From assembly GCA_051294375.1 (NCBI GenBank), contig CM119270.1, positions 15,161,921-15,225,920 of the forward strand: a stretch of 64,000 nucleotides of DNA, written 5' to 3'. A program made the position numbers and the translations under genes. Below are positions 25,201-36,500 of this stretch, piece after piece (the stretch's first letter is position 1; every line of letters begins with the position of its first letter). Below the pieces are notes generated by a model, which was not told the DNA's origin, did not search any database, and was given only the letters and a program-made list of their open reading frames with translations. The stretch is from Paraspadella gotoi. Taxonomy: Eukaryota > Animalia > Chaetognatha.

Positions 25201-28200
25201 GGCCGACTGGACCGTCGACGAGACGTTGGAAGATTTGGGGGTCGCCTTCGTCAATCCCGTCGACGCCTTCAACTCAATTGTCGACGTCGAGGTCGAAGAA
25301 AGCGAAGTATTGATCAGCGTCGCTCGCACGCCTTCAGAAAAATAATAAAAGTTGACTTACATTATGAGAAACAAAAAAGACGAGTTTTTAAAGCTAATCA
25401 ACATGTGTAGAGGAGCTCGCAATGCAGCAATATTTTCAAAAAGTTTTTTTCTTTTTCTTTGCTCCCTACAATATCACAAAAGTGAAACCCGATCAGAGGA
25501 TCGGGGGATCTCCGGCGGAATGGAATCGCCGAACCATGATTGGTATCGACCAATCAGCTTACTGAATCGATGGAACTGTCAAAATCACTATTGCCTCAGT
25601 TATAAGCAGACTTAGATTTCCTTAGTTTCAGTAGCAATGATCAAGACTCCTGCGTGTTTCTCACCGTCACCTTTATCACCTCATCTTGATTTCGACCCTC
25701 GAAATCCATGAGTTTTTCCTTAAATGTAGTGACAGCGGCGGAATTCTAACCCAGGCCTCCGAAGAGACGTTTCATGTACTTTTCACTTTCCTAACTTACT
25801 TTTTATTTTTTCTTCTTTATTTACCCCCCCCCATCTTCATCATCCTTACCCGCGGAAGTGCTGAGAATGGGTTTCGAGATGGCGGTGGTGCAAGTGACCG
25901 CGGATGGGTGCAGCGAAGCCGCCGCCGCCGCCACTGCAGCCGCCGCCACCGACAGATGCGGATTCGAGGAAGTCGCCGATGAAGGGAGAGTCGCGGATAC
26001 GAGGCCGGACGAAGGGTGAATGGCCGGGGCGGCGGACACTAATACCGACGGAGCCGCCGACGTTGCCGACGCCGCCGAAGCGAGATGAACCACGGACGAG
26101 GAATTCGGTTGCGGCGTCGACGCGAAGGTGGACGATGTTGAGACCGACAACGGCGTTGGCGGGTGTGTCGCAGGGTGGGTCGGCGGAGCGGCGACGTGCT
26201 GAGAGGCTTTCGCCTTTGACGACATTATCGGCGACTTCGTCGAAGGATGATGCTTCTTTGACTAAAAAGGAAAACGGAGAGCTTAATTATAAAATCTTCC
26301 TTAGGATTAATATTCCTAAAAACTTGAGGGCCAAGGGAAATAAAACTGACATCAAATCAATCAGACTAACACGCACACAATGCTTACCGCAAGATTGGTA
26401 GGAAGACTTGGGTTGGAAGACAAGGGACGATGTTGGAAGGAGCTCGTTATTGGAGGAGAGATGAGCGACTGAACAAAACAAATTTTACACACAATTTAGA
26501 TATTCTGTAACCTTATACCTACTAATATTCAATCAACTAACCATTGATCCGCCTTTCCCCATGGCCAGCCGCCGTTCCATCTCTGCGGAATTCATGGGCC
26601 TCGCGTTTTGATTGGCGGCGGCAGCGACGGCGGCGGCGGTGAAGGCGGCGGTGGATCTCGAAGCGGCGGCAGCGAGCCGGCCGATCCCGAGGGCGTGCGG
26701 CGTCATTCCCGCGGAGAACCTGTGGACAACGGAAGACTTGGAGGTTGCGGCGGAAGGTTTGTCCGCTTTGCTGTTGAACTTGGCCTGGGAGGATGAGACG
26801 ACGACGCCAGAGCCGGGAGATATAGAATCTTGATGAGCGACCGTTGAGAGTTTCATCGAAGTCTGGAAAATCAGTGGAAAATGAATCGAATTTAAAAATT
26901 TTAAAAACTGGCGCGTTTAGGAAGAAGGAATTTTGTTACAGAGTTCAATTGCTGGCGTGGAGGTTTTTGAATCTCCGCTAACTTCTAAACATTTCTAGTT
27001 TATGTAATCTGAAGCTACACTTTTACGAAATTACCTTCATCGGCGACAAAGTCGCGCCGCTAGTTTCCTTCGGCATCTCTTTCTCTTTTATCGTTTCTTT
27101 CGCGTTGTCCTTAAAAACTTCTTTCGACTTTTCGGCGACTTCGTTGACGGAGTCGCTCGTGGGCGTCGTCGGTCCGGACGTCACAGTCGGCGCGGGGGGA
27201 AACGGCGTCGGTATTACAGCGGACGGCGCCGAGACCGATACCGCGCCGGGAAGAGAGGACGGCGTTGTCGTGGGCGTCGGTAAGGTCGGCGCCGAACTTG
27301 CATCTTCGGAGTTCTTAGAGTCTTTGGTGGAGGAGGATTTCGACGGGGATTTGTCGGACAAGAAATGGGTCGGCGTTGAACTCGTGGCAGCCGTCGTCGT
27401 CGGTGGAATCGGTGGAGGGGGTGACGTGGGCGCCGTAGATTTCGGAGACGCTAACGTCGTTTGCGCGGGTGGCGACGACTCAGGGGGAACGACGTCGTTA
27501 GGCGCCGCCACGGAAGACGAAGCTCCCGTCGACGACGGACTGCAGGCCGGCGAAGGCGAGGAATCCCCGTCCTGAATGTTGTTCTCGACGTCGCCGTCGT
27601 TGCCGTTTTCGTCGTTGCAGACACTGCTGGAATCTGAAGTGGAGCCGACGGAAGGGCTGGGGGAACGATCCTGGAGGGAAAGGGAAGAGCATTATAAGGA
27701 ATGCTTGACGGGACATTTCGGAAATTATTTCGCGTTGAGATTCTTGTGTTTGTCAAATTAAGTGTTGAAGAAACTCATTCAACACATTTTTGAATCCAAG
27801 CTTGGCTTAATCCCTTCCGGTTGATTTTCAATGATTTTTATTCTCCCAAAATTTAAACATGATATAAACAATCAACTAAATTTAATAAAAAACCGTTTCA
27901 TCCTATTAAAGTTTAACAACACGGATCTCCGAATCATTCGGTAGACGAACATAAAACACAAATTTATACGTCGTTTTAAAACTACTGAGACTTTTGATGA
28001 TCTCACTTGTCAAACCTTTTTCGGTTTCTAGTGTCAACAAAAAAGTTTTCATTGACGTGATGTTGAAAAGAAAAGAAAAGCAAACACAAACCTCAACCGT
28101 TTTTTGTTTCTTCTTAACGACGCCGGCGCTATTTCCGGTAGCGTGGGCGGCGTTGACACTATCATCCTCGGCGTTGCGCGCTTCCGCGCGGTCGTTGGCG

Positions 28201-31200
28201 ACGTTAGCATCGGGAGCTCCGGCGCCGACGTCGGTGGCGCCGGTTACGCCGGGTTCTCGCGAGACGTCGCGCGCGCGCTTTTGACCCGCTTTACTTCCGG
28301 CGGACGCCTCCGCCCGCTGACGCTTAGTGTTTCTTCCGCCCCGAGGACGCATGGCGGACGAGCCTAAGAAATATAATCAATAAACAGAGATTGGTTGATG
28401 GAACGAGTGATTGGTCCTGTTATTTATTTGTATTTTTGTGTTTTTGTTTGTATTTTTCGTATTTATTTAATTATTTACTTTGTTAATTAACTAATTATAC
28501 TAATTAACATCCAGTATCAAGGATGTAAACTGTAAAGATACTTAAATACGAAAAAAATGATAAATTATAAGATTTCTTACCCGACCCCGAAGGGTCGCCC
28601 GCACTATCTCGATGCAAAGGCACAGTTAAGGGTTTCGTCGACTGCTCGGGTTCCGAATCTGGAAAGTCTTTACTTTGCTGAATAAGGTTTTTCTCTCGGT
28701 GATGGTGCAGTAGGTTATGTTGAATATGATTCTGCCGCTGCTGTTGTGACTGATGCAGTCTCGAGGAAGACGGTTCGGGCGCCGCCGCGGTAGCCTCGAT
28801 AGATGCCGCAACCTCAGACGTTGCTGCTGTCCCGGAGGCCGTTGCTGAAACAACAGCTGAAGCGGATGCTATAACCGAAGAAGACGTAGAAGCTGTTGTG
28901 GATTCCGTGCTGGCAATTTCAGAGTGACAATCGCTACTGGAGGAGGCGCTCTCAACTTCAGCATTGGCGTCTAAAGTAAAGAAAGAGGACAAAGAGAGGA
29001 GTAGAAAGTTCAAACCCTGAGCAGCAAAAATGAAAAGAAAATTTCACAACAAATAAATGTCAGGCAGCATTAAAAAGAAATTCAAACTATCACTTTGATA
29101 AATATAACCAACCTAGAGTTTGAATGGCCACCCTTATGTCCCGGGCGATGGTCTTTCTCGATTTGATGGGTGACAAAGTAGATGGACGTGGCTTCTTCAA
29201 ATATCCGTGGCGTTTAAAGGAATCGCTGCAGTTGAGGCAGAGAAGGACTGACCCTTTGCCAATGATGGTAGGGTGCCACTCGGAGGAATCTGGTTAAAGT
29301 AATTAAAGTAATTAAAGTAAAATCACATGACATTAAACCTGCTTATCTCCAAGGAAAACTATTGGTATTAGATTTTAATTTTTTGGAATTTTCAGGTTTT
29401 GAGATTTCTTCTTTTTCTTCATGGCAATTGGTTATGCATTTTGACGAAAAAATAATTTTTCACAACATTTATTCCACAGCATCAATAATAATAGTACCTA
29501 GGGTTACGATAACCATTAACAGTTAACGGTTATTAACGGTAAAAATAATTCTAACCTAACCGTTAATATATTTATTTAACGGTTAAATTCGGTTTAATTT
29601 TAAATATGATTTTTTATTTTTTGGTTTAAAATCTTTGATTATCTCCTCTTCTTTTCTCACCATATTTTTTCACCTCTCTCTCTTTCCATTTTTCCTATTT
29701 TTTCCTTTGTTATTTTCAACCCTTTTAATCTTTTTTATACTAATCTCCTGTACCTATCTCTTTCTTTCTCTCTTTTCCCCTCCTCTTTTCCCCTTCTTTT
29801 CTCTCCTTTTTTCTCTCCCTTTTTTTTACCTTTTCATTTTTTCTCTTCCCTTCCAGTGTTTTTTCTTTTTTCTTACTTATTTTCTCCCAAATTTTTTTTC
29901 GTTTTTCCTTTCATTAATTTTATGCATTTCCATCAAAGAAATAATGAAATATAATATATATGCACATGCAAATAGTTGCATACATTTCTTGGCAAATTAA
30001 ATTCTTATATGAAATAAGATGAACTCTGGGAGTGAATAAACGAGACTGTGAGAGAGTCTTGATGAAAGCTTGCAGGGACCTGCTATGTCATTATCTTGTA
30101 AGAGTGATGGAGGCCTTAAACCACCAAAGCCTTGCCAAAGTCAGGGGCAAGATAGCTTATTTATTAAATGAATGGATAATTTATATTGTTGTACTAATTT
30201 CATAATATATCCTATTTTGCTATTTTTTTATTTCACTCTTTAAACAACAAAGAAGCAAATGAAATAAAACAAAATGAATGAAAAAATTATTAAAAAAACT
30301 ATATAAAACTATTTGTAATAAAACAATTAATAATAGAAGGAACTAATCTTAAAATGGACATTAAGGCTAACTAAAACTATCCTTCAATCATGATATATTT
30401 TTTAAAAATATAAAAAATATTAAATATCAAAAAATAAAAATCATTGGTCAATCGATCAATCAAACTTTCAATCAAAAAAATATTATTCATAATTTATATT
30501 ATGGTTATTATGGCTTATGAAAAAATAAAAACAGAAAACAAAGGTTTAAGAAACTAACAACTAGAAAAAAAGCATTGCTGATGAAGACTCTAATTGTAGA
30601 GTCGAAACATGTCTGAAACAAAACAAATAAATTGTTTTCCCTCTCTAAAAGTTAAATTATAGAATTAACCATTTTAACGGTTAACCGTTAAAAATATTAG
30701 TTTTAACGGTTAAGCGAAATTTTCTCAAAAATTAACGGTTATCGGAACCCTAATAGTACCTGTAGTTCCGCAGTGGTGACATGAATTGTCTACAGTTGCC
30801 GCGGATCGAGCTTCGGCGATTTCCTCGTCGGATTCATCTTCCTCCGAGGCGGACGAATGAGATTCAGTCGACGGATGAGTCTAAATCAATCGCATTCATC
30901 GATCAATTTATTTTTTATTCGGTTTAATTCATCTTATAAATTTTAATAAAACGAATTATTGGGCTATAACTGACCTTGGCGTCTTCATCGACTTCATTTT
31001 CTTCTTCCTCTTCTTCTTCTTCCTCTTCTTCTTCCTCTTCTTCCTCCTTTCCTTTCTTTCCTTTTCCCTTTTTCTTTTTGCTTTGATTTAAAACGAGCGA
31101 AGCGGAAGACGATTTTTTCCACAGATAGTAGTATTCGACGAGTTGGGGCTGTTGAAAAACATTCAGAAATCATTTCAAAATATGAAACAAGTTAGAATGA

Positions 31201-32116
31201 AAAAAACAAAATTATATCGATTTTTTACGTCATGAAAAATTTTTAAAAAAATAATCGCAAGAACCTTTCAAGTTATCAACTAACCGTAGTTTTTTCCGGA
31301 AGAAGATCCTTTCGAATTTTGTGAAAGTTTTTGCCGAATTGTCGCAAACCTTTGACAAAGAATTTCTGGGGCAAAAAAAATTAGGGAATCATTACTATTA
31401 GCGTTTCGCTGCAAAAACGTGAGATAATTTTACTCTTTCTAACTCTTATAAAAAGCGTAATTTTTTCACTTTTTAAACTGTTTAAATTTTTCGAAACTTT
31501 GTTATTAGAAGCATTAAAAAGAAAAATAAATGTCGATGTTTACGAAACCGGTTTGACTGTTTTTCGAGCAGAGAAAGAAAAACACCCCGGCGCGCCTGCC
31601 ACTCGTTTCCATTCGATTCGCGTCGATTTTAGAGCTTAAATTTTGAGGGAACCAAAACAAGTTTATGTTCGGGTTGAATATTATTAGTTTCCTAATCTTG
31701 AGAAGGGCGTATGATACTTTCAAAAACAAGGGGAAAATAGACAAATAACGTTTTTATTAGTGTTTACGGATAATGTTCAAGCCATGGAAAGTTTTCAATT
31801 TTTTTTGGTCGTGGCCCAAATTTTAGATTGATTTTAGGTAGAAAGGTGAAAATTATTTCTTGACCACTTTGATTTACTTAAGTTTTTTAACCAAAAAAAT
31901 ATATGTATTGTCTACTTTCAATTTAAAAAGTTCCCTATTCCGAAGAAATACATAAGTAGTATATATTATCTACTTCCCTCTTCCGTCCCATTTTTTTTCT
32001 CAAACTTTCTTTCTTTCTCTCTGCTTGTCTCGCTTTGAGATTTCAGTCGATTGGAAAGAACCGTCGCTACAATTGAGAGAAGATAGAAAGGGAGAAAGAA
32101 AGTAGCAGACTCATCG

Positions 32117-32197
<81 letters not shown>

Positions 32198-32715
32198 ATA
32201 GAACAAAAAAAGGAAAAAAATGAAAGAAAAAGAAAGAAAGAATGAAAAAAAGATTAAATAAATAAATAAATAAATAAATAAAAATAAATATAAATAAATA
32301 AATAAATAAAAAATGAAGGAAGAAAGAAAAAAAGGGAAAGAATAAAAAGGGGAAAAAAGAAATAAAGGAAGAAATAAAGAACAACGATATAACAAAAAAA
32401 TGTTTCGAAAAATTATAAAGAGAGAAATCAAAAAAGAAAGAAAGAAAGAAAAAAAGCGTATTAAAAAAACACTGAAAAAATAGAATCGCAAAAAAGAGAA
32501 ACATTGCAAACGGAAAAACGGGACAATGAAAAATCGATATTCAAGGAAAAGTAATAAGCGATTAAGAATTCAGTGAACTATATGACGATTATTCAAAGAC
32601 GTGTAGAAAAATTTGTAAGCACGAAAACGTTAGTTAAATGATTAAAATAAGCTTTTCTTGAAAGTATTGACTCTTGAGTATTTTAACCCAGAGCACGTTA
32701 ATTATCCAGGGTTTA

Positions 32716-32796
<81 letters not shown>

Positions 32797-33117
32797 TAAA
32801 CATCACGATCAGAAGAGGATTTAATGGTGAAAGAAGCGACAAAAGATTAAGCGAGCCAAGATTGTTACGACGAGCCAGAGTGAGAATCGAATGAGTAGAT
32901 AAGTGAATATAGAGAGTAAAGTGAGAATCGTTTACATGATAGGTGAGATAAACAGCGACGAGCCGCGGAAGAGACGGAGCTGGCGAAAAACACACACACG
33001 TTCGTACGATCGTAAAAACAGATTAGAGAAACTGCGCTTCGACGACAACGCGACGAGAGAGAGAAAGAGAGAGTACAAGCGGAAAACGGGAGGAGGGGGA
33101 GAGAGAAGTGAGAGAGC

Positions 33118-33211
<94 letters not shown>

Positions 33212-33539
33212 CTGGTTCATATCCGTGTTGTCGTTATCGAGTAAAATTCTCTCTTTGACTTTGTGATATTCCGATTGCACCTACGATTGGCGGAGACCGA
33301 AGGAGGAACGGCGTTCGCTGATTGGCTCTCACCCTCATCTCTCGTTTCCTCTACCTCCCTTTTCCCTATCCCCGCCTATCTTTCTCTGCTCGGCGTTTTG
33401 ACGAGACTCGTTCGTCGACATCATCAAAGGCTTTGATCGTCTGCAGAAACAAAAAAAGGAGAGAGACAAGAAAAGAGAACCCAATGGTGCAAGAAGTACG
33501 CCAACGGGCAACGCGCGCCGACTTGGCCACTTTGTGAGT

Positions 33540-33576
<37 letters not shown>

Positions 33577-36500
33577 AGAGAAGTGAGAGAGAAGTATTTT
33601 CGAATTTCCTTTTCTGCTACTAATTACGGCACACACGCCACATTCACACCGAAAACGCAGCTTACTCAAACGAGTCACATGACGGCGAAGCACCGAGAGA
33701 CAGCGAGAGAGAGTGCCTCCCCAAAGCCCATGTATACATAGGCTCGATGATATCACGAGATAGACCAATTAAGCCTCACACAGCGATTTCGAGACTCTCG
33801 CTCTCTTTCTTTCTTTTCTCGCTTTACGCGCGCGGGTCACAGAACGCGGAACAACGGCCGACTCTTATTGGTCGGCGTTTCGAGGATTCCCGCTCAGCGA
33901 TTGGAAGACTCTCTGCCAAATGAAGACACGTGACTGAAGGCTTAAGTAGCGAGCATCGCGATGGAACCGAGCAGAGAGAGAGAAAGAGAGGCTTTGGTTT
34001 GGGTTTGAGAATGGAATCATCAGCGTCTTCAGGAAGTGATTGAAACGAATTCCTCGATGATTCTGTGTAGTGGAGTCAATACAATAATAATTTTAACTTT
34101 AATAGAAATTTAAATTTAAGGATTTAAACCATTGATGTTATCAAAAAATCTCAATCTCGCTCTCTCTTTCTTTCTATCTCTCTGGCCCTGATAAAGCCTT
34201 TTGAATCACTGCCGAAATCTGTCTTCCTCAGATGCTCGAGAAGGTAAAGTGAGCGGGTGGGTAATGAGGTGAGTTGATGCGAGGAAAAGGTGGGACGAAG
34301 AAAGACGGTTCTGGGAAGCGGGCGGGGAGACCGAAGGGGGAGGAACCCGAACGAGGCTTTCATGGACTGTGCCAAACGAGTGAGCGAAGCCTTGCTCATT
34401 CTTCGACGACGACGACGACGACGACGACGCCGACGACGAAATTCGCGCTTTGATGTGAAGATTTTAAAGAGGTAAAGGGAAAGTACCGGGAACGAAACTA
34501 GCGAACGTTTGTTTTTTTATCAAATCTATTATTTGAAATTAATTTGTTATTGATGGCGTTGTAAGTTGTAAGTTAGGAATAGAATAAAAATACTACATCT
34601 TCAATTCGTACGAAATATGACAAGTACTTAACAATTCATTTTAAAATATTGAAATCTTGAGAAATAAATCCAGAATAAAATTTAGGACATTAAACCGTGA
34701 TCTTATCAATCACCTGCTCTTCTTCAGTCCAAACAATATCTTGTCCTTTTGGTTGTTGCACCAGATCCAAGAGGGCGCGCCCGGTGTCGTAGGAATGAGA
34801 GTGGAGCTATGAAAGAGGGATGCAAAAGGGAAACGGCTATGTATCGAAAGAACTTACGAGTTGCGGAGAAACTCCATTATTACCATTTCGTAATTACATT
34901 ACTTTTCGTTCGGTAGGTCTCTCCCACTTATGTTTTGAACGCTCAAAACTCGGATAACATTGTATAATTTTGATTAATAATTGGTAGTAACGTAAGGTTT
35001 TGTACCATGAGATGCTTATCGTGAATGTTTCCTACCGCGTAGTTACGAGATGCGTCATATAAATGCATCCACAAAAGAAAGTCACTGCAGTCCTACACTT
35101 TGAACGAGACGGTTCTTGTTGGGGTTGTTTGTTACTTGTAACCATCTACCTTCTCCCGCTCGTCACCACCCGCCTATCCTAACCGTGTCGAGGGCGTTGA
35201 AGGTGGTTCTGTCCCTTGACGCGGCTAGATACCCGTCGCCTGGCTTTCCGCCTTCCACCATCCCGGCGAAGGCAGCCATCGACCGCGCCGCGCGCAGGTA
35301 CATGACCAAATCAGCATCCTGAAAGTTCAGATTTTTATGACTTAAGAATATTTTTGTACATCGGTGATAAAAGAAGTTCATTATAAAGTTTAACCGTGAA
35401 TTACAATAATAATTTTAAGAATAACACTTAGCTTTTTCTGAACTATTTTTTTAATAATTAGGGTTTCTTTTTACAAGTAAGTTGAAGGCTTAGTCGAAGG
35501 TTAGTGCACTTAAATGGTGACAATTTTAAACCCGCCGCTAAAAAAACACTAAAAAAACACAAGTACTTATTTCATTGATTTTAAAAGTTAGTTGAGTAAA
35601 AAATACCAAACTCATTTATGTGTATAAATTTTATATTTATCAGTTAAGATATGCCTTGACAATAAGTAAAAAAAGTTGGCTTCGAAAATGAGCTTTTATT
35701 TTCTAACTCATTATTTTTCAATTTAATTTTTTTTTTCTACTATAAATATTTAAAAAAAATTAAAAAATTAAAAAAAAATTTACTTAAAATATTATCAATA
35801 TTAATATCTATTGAATGCTCTTAAAATTGTAAAGAGGAAATAAAAATTAAATTATCCAAAATTTTAAATCTGTTTTTAAAATATATAACATTTTTAAATT
35901 ATTTTATTCTAAAAAGTCGTCATTTATATGGGTATCATAAAAAAGACCAAAAAAAAAGCTAATCATAATTTAATAATTAAAAATTTGCCCTTTAACTATT
36001 TATTTTTTTAAAGATGTCTCGGTTTTAACTATTCTAATAAAATTAAAGCTGGGCAGTCTAAATTGTATACTTAAACATATGTAAATAGCTCATTCTCTTC
36101 ATATTTGCAAGGGCTTTCAGATGATAATAAAATTAATACTATTTTATTTAAAATTTCTTAGAAAAACTTACTGAAAGTACGAAAAAAATTTAATATATAA
36201 AGAGTAGAGTGATGTGAAAATGATAAAATTTTAGAAAATTAAAATTTAGCATATAAAACATGAACATAAAAACCAATAAAAATATTTTGGTAAATTTATT
36301 TTTTAATTTTATACATTAGTGGGCACCAGTGAGCTATATTTATATATAGTAATAAGTATATAAAAGGCTAAAATTTCAAAATGCAAATTTTTAAATTTTA
36401 AGATCGGATTTTGATTCCTTGCAAAAAGTTATTATAAGAAAGTACAATTCTTTTTTAAAAATTATTTTATTAAGTTAGTCAAAAATGTAAAAAACTATAT

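Larger units (their letters stand above)
29499..30752. mobile_element. hAT-superfamily non-autonomous element with 8-bp TSD ATAGTACC
   Basis: TIRs TAGGGTTACGATAACCATTAA / TTAACGGTTATCGGAACCCTA. Perfect TSD at 29491-29498 and 30753-30760. Subterminal TTAACGGT/ACCGTTAA repeats. Contains the nested SINE-like and hammerhead fragments. Confidence 0.9.

Noticed and set aside
18993-28367. Plus-strand ORFs opposite atrophin exons
   Set aside because: Antisense shadows of GC-rich coding exons.
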